A stretch of 64,000 bases of DNA from Dictyostelium discoideum (lineage: Eukaryota), in assembly GCA_000004695.1 (NCBI GenBank), contig CM000155.2, positions 3,200,001 to 3,264,000 on the forward strand. The letters are read 5' to 3'. Below the pieces are notes generated by a model. It was not told the origin of the DNA. It saw nothing but the letters and a program-made list of their open reading frames with translations, and made no database searches. The translations under genes were made by a program, and so were the position numbers. Shown here piece after piece: positions 53,627 through 64,000 of the stretch (position 1 is the first letter of the stretch; each line of letters opens with the position of its first letter).

Positions 53627-55171
53627 TTAAAGAATTGTTGGTAAAGAATCGTAACCATTTGTAGCAGGTAAAGTTTCTCTTTTCGAATAATAGGGTTCAA
53701 GTACTACATCTTTAGGGAAATTTCTGAGACGTGGTTCACCTGTTGATACATCGATAGTGAGTTGAAGTATTTTTGTAAATTGAGGACATTCTGAAAGAAA
53801 ATCTGGAAGGGTTTTCTTTGCACCAGCAGTATCATCAGCCTTTACTAAATAATGACGAATACGTTTTTCAGGATCGGGATCATCTACTTTATAGCCAACT
53901 GCGAAATGGCCAGCATGACGTTCACTGAAACGAATTAAAAAGGTGCCTTGCTCTTCATTACGAAGGGCTTCTTCGACACTTTGACGAGAAATGAAACCAT
54001 AGATGAGACCCGATTGCCACATGGAGCAAACGTGACGTTGATAACGTAGTTTTTGTAAACCTTTACCAAACCAAATCCAAAATGAATCAAAACTAGATTG
54101 AGGGATCATTGGTTTACTTCCGAAAAATTGATGATGAATGTACATGAGTTCGTGACGTGATAGGTAACGAGTTGGTTTCATAAAGTCTTGACGAGTTGCA
54201 CGCAAGAAATGTCTTTGAAGTTTATTGGCATAGGAAGCCCAAGGTATTTCATTGTTATTTCCAAAGGAATCTTTCTTTAGGAGAGTACCATCTGATTCTT
54301 CATATTGACATTCATTGGTGATAACGATGAATGGTGAGGTTGGTGGTGATTCAATGTTTACAGCGGTACCACCAACCACTTGAACTTGCATTCCAAATTT
54401 GAGGGTTACTGGATTCTTTCTGGTACCATTTAAAAATTTGAGATGATATTTTGCCAAACGATTGGTTTCATCCATTGATACCACCTCTGTTTCAATGGTT
54501 TTTGGAGATGAAGAAGTCTTTGAGCCTTGTTGATTCTCAACGATCATTGTTGCTCTAACTTTACCGATCATTTGTAACTCTGTACGAGTGCCACAAAGTA
54601 ATTGAACGACTACTGGATCATCTTCCAATGGTTTACACTTTGTAATTACCATTGGGAATGGTTGTTCAATCACTACCAAAGCAGCGATAGTTGGTGGTGG
54701 ATTTTGTGGACGAACTAAAAGTTGTAACTCTTCATGATACAATTCCAATTGAATACTTTGAATGGTGAGTTCATGTAAAAGGAAGATAACATTTCTAATC
54801 TCTGGTGGTGATAAAACAAAGGTTTGGTCAATTTGTTGAAGTGAGGTGATCTCTGCATCAATTTGTTTTTTCAATGTATTTTGTTCATTATCCAACATTT
54901 GGAATGTCTCTTTTTGTGGGTGTGCCAACACTTGTTTTTGTACAATTTTCATCTTATCCAATTGTTCCTTTTGAGCCAAATGTAACTTTAAACATTCATT
55001 AATGATTTGTTGATGTGGTTGTAATACATTTCCATATGGTGTATTTATTAAAAGATGATCTGGTAATGGCAAATTATTATTATTACAATGTTGAATTGAT
55101 GATAATATATTTGGTTCAATTATATCATCTGGTGATCCAATTCCATTTGAGCTATTACTACTATTACTACC

Positions 55172-55203
<32 letters not shown>

Positions 55204-55457
55204 TATTATTGATATGGGTTGGAATTGGATGTAAATGTTGTGGTTCAACTGGTAATTGATGTAAAATTGGTAATTCAATTTGTTGCATTTGTGGTTGTGT
55301 TGGTTGATTTAATTGATTTTGATGATTTAATTGATTTTGATTATTTAATTGATTTTGATTATTTAATTGATTTTGATTATTTAATTGATTTTGGTGATTT
55401 AATTGATTTTGATGATTTTGATGAATTTGTTGGTGTTGTTGGTGTTGTTGTTGTTGG

Positions 55458-55522
<65 letters not shown>

Positions 55523-56305
55523 TTGTTGATGATGTTGTTGTTGTTGTTGTTGTTGTTGTTGCTGTTGTTGTTGTTGTTGTTGTTGTTGTTGCTGTTGTTG
55601 CTGTTGTTGTTGTTGTTGTTGTTGTTGTTGGAATTGGAATTGTTGTTGTTGTAAATGTTGTTGTTCTAATTGTTGTTGTTGAATTTGTGCTTGTTGTGCT
55701 TGAATTTGTGCTTGTTGTTGTTGAATTTGTTGGGCCTGTTGTTGTTGAATTTGTGCTTGATCTATTTGTGGGTTGTTAACTTGTTGAATTGGTTGCAATT
55801 GTTGTTGTAATAATTGCTGTTGTTGAATTTGTGCACCATCAATAGTTTGGAAATATGGATCAATGTTAACCTTTTTTTTTTTTATTTTTTTTGTTTTATT
55901 TTGAAATTTAAAAAAAAAAAGACAAATTAATAATATGAAACAAGAATTTAATTTAAAATAGAAAAATAAAAAAAAATATCCAAGTAAAAATAAAAAAATG
56001 TTTATTAGAAAAAAAAAAAAAACTAATAAAAAAAAAAAATTAATAAAAAAAAAAAAAAAAAAAAAAGAAAAGATATTTTTTTTTTTTTTTTTCAAAAATC
56101 CATTATCATAATCAAAACCCTTTGAAAAAAAAAAATAAAAAAATAAAAAAAAATAAAATAAAATAATGGATGACACTTACAGAATTTTGTCCAATATTTT
56201 GTTGGTGTTGGGTTTGTTGACCTGTTACGTCAGTATAAATTGGGTATGAGTAAGGAATGTTTGAATTTTGTTGAACCCCAATTGCTGGTGGAGTTGCTGT
56301 ATTAA

Positions 56306-56375
<70 letters not shown>

Positions 56376-57173
56376 GGTATTATTGTTTATGTTGTTATTG
56401 GTGGATATAGGTGAAGATGCGTTAGAAAGTGGTGATGTTGCTATACCTTCAGTTTTCACTGTCACTGTTGTGGTATTTGAATTATATATTGGTTGTTGTG
56501 ATTGTGGTTGTGGTAGTTGTGGTTGGGGTTGTGGTTGTGGTTGTGGTTGTTGATTCTGTTGGTTTTGTTGATTCTGTTGTCCTGTTCCGTTACTTTTTAA
56601 TTATTAAATTATTAAAATATTAAATAAATTTGGAATTGGAATTTAAAGAAAAAAAAAAAAAAAAATTAAATAACAAATAAAAAAAATTTATTATTAAAAA
56701 AAAAAAAAAATAAAAAAAAAATAAAAATAAAAAAAAAATAAAAAAATAAAAATAATAATTATTTGAAATTGAAAATCATTTTAAACAAAAATAAATTTTA
56801 AAATTAAAATTAAATTAATTAAAAAAAATATATATGTTTATAAAAATTATTTGAAAATTATAATTTTAGTAATAAAAGTCAAATTTTATAATAATAGGGT
56901 TAATTATAATAAAAAAAAAAAATAAAAAAAAAAAAAATAAAAAAAAAAAAAAAATAAAAATTTGAAAAAACACCATATTAGTATAAGATTTTTTGATTGT
57001 TTTTTTTTGGTAGATATTTTGGGTGATAATTACTCTAAAAATGTCATTAATGACATTAAATCATCATTTGTGGTGTTGAATCCATCACTTGAAAATTCTG
57101 GTTCTTCTTGTTTTACTTCAAAAGTGTTGCTAATTGCATCTAAAGGTCTCTTTTTTGGATTGTTATTGCTCAT
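53627..57173 (-). CDS. dstC: STAT family transcription factor (Gln-rich N-terminus, coiled-coil, DNA-binding domain, SH2, C-terminal Tyr). The 3-exon model gives 931 aa, which fits Dictyostelium STATc
   Basis: Exon 3 (55870..53627; acceptor AG|GTTAACATTGATCC) contains the SH2 domain [43 protein letters not shown] and the tail ...[11 protein letters not shown]. Exon 2 (56592..56181; donor GTAAGT) has no in-frame ATG. The only upstream minus-strand ATG whose donor phase fits the phase-2 acceptor at 56593 is the exon 57173..57034, [46 protein letters not shown], with donor GTAATT. The dstC symbol rests on recalled length (931 aa) and a Tyr near position 922. It is not verified. Confidence 0.6.
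55430..55640 (-). repeat. (CAA)n/(CAG)n coding microsatellite encoding a run of about 70 Gln in the STAT protein
   Basis: Plus strand shows (TTG)n with occasional CTG. Confidence 0.9.
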
Positions 57174-57477
57174 TTTGATTGGTGATGATAATTATTATTA
57201 TATAGTATTGATATTACTATAATTTTAAAAGTAGTAATTATGTTTATTTCTTAATATTAGTATTGATAAATAATGTTTGTTGTGAAATATGGTTTTTTTT
57301 TTGATTGAATATCGTAATAATTATTTTGAATTATTTTAAATTATTATTATTTTTTTTATTAAAAAAAAAAATTATTATTATTTTTTGAAAATGTACAAAG
57401 TGAATATCTCTAGATGTTTTTTTTTTTTTTTATTATAAATTTTGATTATCGTAATAGCTTATTATTATGGTGGGGGT

Positions 57478-57523
<46 letters not shown>

Positions 57524-58958
57524 ATTGTAAATATGTTTATTATTAGTGTGGTGGTGGTGTGTGAGTGCGTTTATTTTTTATTTTTTAATTTTTTTTAATT
57601 TTTTTTTTTTTTATTGGACTGTATAGAATTTAAAAGTATACAATATGCCCTGATAACTATTTTTAATTTTATTAATAAAAGTATAACATGCCCTGATAAT
57701 AATTATTATTTTTAAAAAAAAAAAAAAAAAAAAAAAGTTTTTTGAAAAAAAAAAAAAATTAAATTAAATTTTTTTTTATTTTTTTTTATTTATTTATTTT
57801 TTTTTATTTTTTTTTATTTTTTTTATTTTTTTTTTTGCTTTGTTAACGTGCAGAGGTTGTGAGAGTGTGATTTGAAAATTACTTTAACTGTAAATTTTTT
57901 TTTTGAGTTGCCAAAATAATAAAAAAAAAAAATAAAAAAAAAAAGATATCCAAAAAAAAAAAAGTTGTCCAAAAAAAAAATAAAAAAGTTGTCAAAAAAA
58001 AAAAATAAAAAAAAATAATTAAAATAATTTTCTAAACTTACAGAAAAAAAAAAAAAATATATAAAAATATGGAACTAATGGTTCAAATTCTGGAAAAAAT
58101 GAGAAATGAATTAATAAATGTATTATAGTTTTTTTTTTTTTTTTTCCTTTTTTTTTTTTTTTTTTTTTTTTAAATTATTCTTTATTTTATCCACTTCAAA
58201 ATTTTTCATACAATATTATTACAAACTAAAAAAACTAATAGGTTTTGATGGTTTGTTTCTGATGGTGATGAAATTATTTTGATTCTCGAACCAAAAATAT
58301 AGGCTAGGATGTGGAAAAATAATTTAAAAATTTTTTAAAAAAAAAAATATATAAGAAAAAAAAAAAAATTTTTAAACATAAAAAAAAAATAAAAAAATAA
58401 TAAAAAAAGTAATAATAATAAAAAAAAAAAAAAATTAAATAAATAAAAAACAAATAAAAAAAAAATATTAAATAAATAAATAAATTTTTTTTATTTCCAA
58501 TTTATTTTTTTATTTTTTTTATTTTTTTTATTTTTTATTTTTTTTTTCACCATTCAAAAAAAGATGGGGGTAAATAGAGAGACTTACAAAAATATGAAAA
58601 GAATGATGATAATTTTATGATGTTTTATAAATTAATAAGAAAATAAATAATTAAATAAATAAATAAATATATTTTAAAAAATAAAATAAAATATAAAAAA
58701 ATAAAATAAAATAAAACAAAAAAAGATATCTACAATGATATATGGTGTGAAATTAAATAATTATAATATAGACAAAGTATACAATAACGCTTTAAAATTT
58801 ATTTACAAATAAATAATATATAATATATAATTAAAATTAGAAAATTTAAAAAAAAATTTTGAGAAAAATAAAAAAAAAATAAAAAAATGGTGCTTTTGAA
58901 AGAGAGGGGGGTTTTTAAATGTGTATATATATGATAAAAATCATCTGAAGTGTTTTGA

Positions 58959-59049
58959 TNNNNNNNNNNNNNNNNNNNNNNNNNNNNNNNNNNNNNNNNN
59001 NNNNNNNNNNNNNNNNNNNNNNNNNNNNNNNNNNNNNNNNNNNNNNNNN
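58959..59049. other. Run of 91 N: assembly gap immediately upstream of the 59115 gene
   Basis: Literal n characters. Flanked by poly(A)/poly(T). Confidence 0.99.
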
Positions 59050-59114
59050 NNNNNNNNNNTTTTTTTTTTTTTTTTTTTTTTTGTGACTACTTCGCACAAA
59101 CACAACCACAAAAA

Positions 59115-61208
59115 ATGAATGACCAAGATTTATTGTTTTTTAAAGTATTTAGAAATAAATTTATTAATAGGATTTTATTTGAAAAAATCAAACAACCAAA
59201 CAGACAATTATATTATACAACATATAGTTTTTATGATTTCCCTTTAGAATTAGTTATAAAAACACAAAATCAACAAGTTTTTAAAGAGAAATTAAATCTT
59301 TTTAATTTATATAAAAATAAACAAAAATTCATTAATAATAATAAAATTGAAATTAAAAGAGCATACCAATATTCTTTAGATTTTAATATTGAAATATTTG
59401 AATTAATATTAGTATGGAAAGAATTGGAAATTGATTTATTTATTGAATTTTTTAAATTATTTAAAAAAGAAATTGAAAAGGAATTAAAACAATCTTCAAA
59501 AGAAATTATTAAAAATTTACTTGAAAAATCATCAAAAAAAGAATATAATAATATAAATTTAAATATTTTAAATTATTTATTTAAAGAATTTTCAGAAATT
59601 AAAATTTTTTTTATTTTTCAAATTAAAAATCATGCAAAGAGATATACAGTACATCAATCATTTTCAAAATTATTAAATGATTTAAATAAAGAATTAATAA
59701 TTAAATTTGGTGAATATTCAGGTTGTTATAACAACGAAAAAGATGATGATAACAGTGAAGATTTCTTTAAACTGGCAAATAATTATCTTTATGAAATCAT
59801 TTTTAAAGATGATGAAAATGGTCAAAACCAATTTTACTCAAAATTATTATCAATATTTCCAAAAACTGAAAAAACCAATTTACATCACACTATACCACTA
59901 TTTATTAACTTGTTTGAAAAATTAATTCAAAGAAATAATTTCAAATTATTGAAATTAATTTTTTCAAAATTAAATAATATTAATGTATCAGAGAATGTTG
60001 ATGAAATGATCTCAATTTTTAATTTCAAAATTTCAAGTTGTTTTTTTGTTTTAAACACTGAAATCTTTAATACACCAACAACTCAAGATTCTGAAATGAT
60101 GCAATTATTTAGTGCAACACTACAAAAAAAAATATTTAATTCAGTTTTAAGTTTTGGTTTTAAAAAATTTTATATTAATGGTCCAGATTATTATGATTTC
60201 ACCACAACACAATTTTATAAAAATTTTTCAAATTTTCCATCAATATATAGTGGTGATTTAATTTTATCTTCACGTAGTTTTAAATTTAAACAAACATGTT
60301 TAAGATCTTCAACATCAAATAATAATAATAATGAAAAGATTTTAAATAATTGTATGGATATTGAATATTATAAAAGTAATTTTTTTAATGAAAATTTAAA
60401 TTGGTTTGATGTTTATATTGGAAAATTTGGTTTTGATATAAAAAGATTAAAAGAAATCATTGAATTAGGTTATTATGATATGATAAATCATATATTTAAA
60501 AAAGGGTATTATAAAATAATAGATTTTAAAAATAGTAATAAATTATTACATGATTTATTTATTACAATATTATTATCAAGTGATAATTTAAATAATAGTA
60601 GTTTACAATTATTAATTAATTTTATATCACCAATGGTAAATGATATTATAAAATCAAAACAAAGGGAATTCTTTTTCAATGAATCAATACCAATTGATAG
60701 ATTAAAAAGAATTGAATATTTTAAAATTATTCAAAAAATTGAAGGATATCATGAAATGAAATTAAATAATGATATGGAAATATTAAAAAACCCAAATTTA
60801 TATGTTAATAATTCATTTCAAATTAATTATTTAAAGAAAAGATTAAATCAATTTGAACAATCTCAATTTAAAAATTTATTATATTTTAGTTTAAAAAGTA
60901 AGAATTTTAAATTTATTTCAAAGTGTATTTCATTTTTGGTGAAAAACGGTCAAGATAGGTTAATTAATATAATAGATATTTTAAAATTACTTTTATTTTC
61001 AAGTATTGGAAAATTTGAAGGAAATTTAAAGTTTTTCTTTTACATAATTAAAGTTTTCAATTACCAATTACCATTTAAATCAACTAATGATATTGAGAAT
61101 TATGAAAACTTTATTTTACAAGATTTGGATTATGATTATCAATTATTTGATTTAACATTTGGTATAAATGAATTTAATAATTTCAATTTATTTATTACAT
61201 TCCTCTAA
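59115..61208 (+). CDS. Hypothetical Asn/Lys/Phe-rich protein (697 aa), member A of a tandem paralog family
   Basis: Long intronless ORF MNDQDLLFFKVFRNKFINRILFEKIKQPNRQLYYTTYSFYDFPLELVIK.... No recognisable domain. About 65-70% identical to 61758..63887. Confidence 0.55.
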   Translation: MNDQDLLFFKVFRNKFINRILFEKIKQPNRQLYYTTYSFYDFPLELVIKTQNQQVFKEKLNLFNLYKNKQKFINNNKIEIKRAYQYSLDFNIEIFELILVWKELEIDLFIEFFKLFKKEIEKELKQSSKEIIKNLLEKSSKKEYNNINLNILNYLFKEFSEIKIFFIFQIKNHAKRYTVHQSFSKLLNDLNKELIIKFGEYSGCYNNEKDDDNSEDFFKLANNYLYEIIFKDDENGQNQFYSKLLSIFPKTEKTNLHHTIPLFINLFEKLIQRNNFKLLKLIFSKLNNINVSENVDEMISIFNFKISSCFFVLNTEIFNTPTTQDSEMMQLFSATLQKKIFNSVLSFGFKKFYINGPDYYDFTTTQFYKNFSNFPSIYSGDLILSSRSFKFKQTCLRSSTSNNNNNEKILNNCMDIEYYKSNFFNENLNWFDVYIGKFGFDIKRLKEIIELGYYDMINHIFKKGYYKIIDFKNSNKLLHDLFITILLSSDNLNNSSLQLLINFISPMVNDIIKSKQREFFFNESIPIDRLKRIEYFKIIQKIEGYHEMKLNNDMEILKNPNLYVNNSFQINYLKKRLNQFEQSQFKNLLYFSLKSKNFKFISKCISFLVKNGQDRLINIIDILKLLLFSSIGKFEGNLKFFFYIIKVFNYQLPFKSTNDIENYENFILQDLDYDYQLFDLTFGINEFNNFNLFITFL

Positions 61209-61560
61209 ATGTTATTAAAGAAACTATTAATAATAAAAAAAAAAAGAAAAATAATAATAATAATAATAATAATCAAGGTATTCAATTTATAATTTCTTCA
61301 ATTGAATTTTATTTTACAATAATTTTTAAAATGAATATTAAACAAATTAATCGTTTATATTATAATGGATTCAAAAGTAAAATAAATGTACACCAACACT
61401 TGCTTCCAACTTATTTTATAAACTATTGTCAATTAGGCACAAAAAATTCAGAATATTTAAAATTTTTTAATCTTTTAGATTTGGTAGATTCCATTAATGA
61501 TAAAAAAAAAGAAACAAATTAAAAAAAAAAAAAAAACAATTAGATATTTTATTTGGTTAT

Positions 61561-61596
<36 letters not shown>

Positions 61597-61757
61597 CAAG
61601 CCTGGGGGTTTTACGTTTAAGAGGTTGCTCTTTTTTTCTTTTTTTTATTTTTTTACAAATCTAAGACTTAGACAAAAAAAAAGAAAACATAAGAAAAAAA
61701 TTTCGAAAAAAAAAAACAATTGTTTTTAACACACCCACAAAACCACAAAAACAAAAA

Positions 61758-62033
61758 ATGGAAATTGTTTTTAACACACAAAAAATGGATGACCAAGGTT
61801 TATTGTTTTTCAAAGTGTTTAGAAATAAATATATTAATAAGATTTTATTTGAAAAAATCAAACAATCAAATAGACAATTATATTATACAACATATAGTTT
61901 TTATGATTTCCCTTTAGAATTAGTTATAAAAATACAAAATCAACAGGTTTTTAAAGAGAAATTAAATCTTTTTAAATTATTTAAAAATAATATCGAAAGT
62001 TCCAAATTTAATAATAATAATAATGGTTTTATT

Positions 62034-62118
<85 letters not shown>

Positions 62119-63048
62119 TTGAAATTAAAAGAGCATATAGATGTTATATAGATTTTAAAATTGAATTATTTGAATTAATATTAGTATGGAAAGAATTGGA
62201 AATTAATTTATTTATTGAATTTTTTAATTTATTTAAAAAAGAAATTGAAAAGGGATTAAAACAATTTTCAAAAGAGATTTTTAAAAATTTACTTGAAAAA
62301 TCATCAAAAAATGAATATAATGATTTAAATTTAAAAATCATTGATTATTTATTTAAAGAAATGCCACAATTAACATCTAAATTTATTATGGAAATTCATT
62401 ATAAAACAATCGATTCACCAATTGAATCATTTTCAAAATTATTAAATAATTTAAAAAAAGAATCAATAATTGAATATAAAGAATATTTAGGTGGCGATAT
62501 TAAATATTCAAATGGTGATGATTTCTTTAAACTTGCAAATAGTCATCTTTATGAAATCATTTTTAAAGATGATGAAAAGAGTCAAAATCAATTTTACTCA
62601 AAAGTATTATCAAAATTTCCTAAAATTAAAAAATCAATTCCAAATCAAAAATCACCATTTATTAACTTGTTTGAAAAATTAATTCAAAGAAATAATCTCA
62701 AATTGTTGAAATCAATTTTTAAAAAATTAAATAACTTTAATGTGTCAGAGAATGTGGATGAAGTTATGATACCAATTTTTAAATTTAAAATTTCAAGTTA
62801 TTTTCTTATTCCCATAAACACTGAATTATTTAATATTCCAACTACTCAAGATTCTGAAATTATGCAATTATTTAGTGCAATCATACAATCTAAATTACTT
62901 CCAAATAAATCATACCCATTTAAAACAAGTATCACATTAATTATCAATGGTCCAGATTATTATGATTTCATATTATTAAATCATGGTCATAATTCTAGTT
63001 TTAAAATTAAATCAACATGCTTAAGATCTTCAACATCAAATAATAATA

Positions 63049-63109
<61 letters not shown>

Positions 63110-63318
63110 TAACAACAATAATAATGAAAATATTTTAAATAATTATATGGATATTGAATATTATAAAAGTAGTATTTTTAATGAAAATTTAATTTGGTTT
63201 GATGTTTATTTTGAAAAGTTTGGTTTTGGTATAACAAGATTAAAAGATATTATTCAATTAGGTTATAACGAAATGATAAATCATATATTTAAAAAAGGAT
63301 ATTATAAATTTATAGATT

Positions 63319-63379
<61 letters not shown>

Positions 63380-63887
63380 TTTATTATTAGATTTGTTTAT
63401 GACATTATTATTATCAAGTTCACTACCGCTACCACTACCACCACCACTACAATTACTAATTAATTATATATTACCAATGGTAAATGATATTTTTAAATCA
63501 AAACAAAGAGAATTCTTTCTCAACGAATCAATACCAATTGATAGATTAAAAAGAACTGAATATTTTAAAATTATTCAAAGAATTCAAGGATATCATGAAA
63601 TGAAATTAAATAATGATATGGAAATATTAAAAAATTCAAATTTAAATTCTAATAATATTAATAAAAAATTTCAAATTCATAATTTAAAGAAAAGAATAAA
63701 TCAATTTGAAAATAATCATTTTCGTAATTTACTAATTTTCAGTTTAAAAAGTACAAATTTTAAATTAATTTCAAAATCTGTTAAATTAATGAAAAATAGT
63801 AGTGGTGGTGGTAGTGGTGGTGGCAGTGGTGGTAGAGGTAGAGGTAATTATGATAATTTAGTTAATTATATTATTAAATTTAAATAA
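61758..63887 (+). CDS. Hypothetical protein (709 aa), member B of the same tandem family, with poly-Asn and Gly-rich insertions. Its conserved C-terminal motif continues out of frame after the stop, so it may be frameshifted
   Basis: MDDQGLLFFKVFRNKYINKILFEKIKQSNRQLYYTTYSFYDFPLELVIK.... After the stop at 63885..63887, the +1 frame encodes NFFYLIKVFNYQLPFKSTKDINFLIDII, homologous to the C-terminus of copy A (FFYIIKVFNYQLPFKSTNDIENYE). The window ends at 64000. Confidence 0.5.
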
Positions 63888-64000
63888 TAGTGAAGAGTAT
63901 GAAACAAATTTTAAAAATTTCTTTTATTTAATTAAAGTTTTCAATTATCAATTACCATTTAAATCAACAAAAGATATTAACTTTTTAATTGATATTATTT

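Noticed and set aside
55015-55779. Plus-strand ORFs 55015..55212, 55219..55779 and 55403..55654 (poly-V/L/Y)
   Set aside because: They are the antisense reading of the STAT poly-Gln (CAA)n tract.
55871-56176. N-terminal ~100 residues of ORF 53627..56176 ([13 protein letters not shown]...KKKKVNID)
   Set aside because: This is intronic poly(A)/poly(T) read through in frame. The real exon begins at the AG acceptor at about 55870 (..ag|GTTAACATTGATCC).
58915-59126. Three ORFs spanning the N run
   Set aside because: X residues come from the assembly gap. These are not real sequence.

Overview
This window reads as nuclear genomic DNA with the hallmarks of Dictyostelium discoideum. It is roughly 75-80% A+T, the intergenic regions carry long poly(A)/poly(T) tracts, the introns are short and AT-rich with GTAAGT/GTATGT...AG borders, and (AAT)n and (CAA)n coding microsatellites produce poly-Asn and poly-Gln proteins. 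I can support about 25 protein-coding genes (most multi-exon, spliced by hand), one tRNA-Asn with a downstream extra B-box, several microsatellites, a 91-nt run of N (assembly gap) and a set of structured inverted-repeat elements in intergenic DNA.

The main candidate for the new system is a divergently transcribed class I terpene synthase and cytochrome P450 pair, followed immediately by two tandem SAM-methyltransferase paralogs (a TPS-P450-MT-MT candidate terpenoid cluster). A 170-bp compound palindrome sits in their shared promoter. The cluster abuts an Hsp70 locus that holds one full-length gene with heat-shock elements, one divergent paralog and one internally deleted mini-copy.

Other notable genes: a STAT (SH2) transcription factor whose reconstructed 3-exon model gives exactly 931 aa (probably STATc); a secreted L-amino-acid-oxidase-like flavoprotein; a mitochondrial phosphate carrier that needs an apparent 4-nt micro-exon; an FHA-kinase; a RhoGAP; an FAH-domain protein; a DEAD-box helicase; TRM13; a METTL16-like methyltransferase; and a large EGF-module surface glycoprotein whose five introns are all phase 1.

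Splice coordinates were derived by eye. Individual junctions may be off by 1-2 nt.
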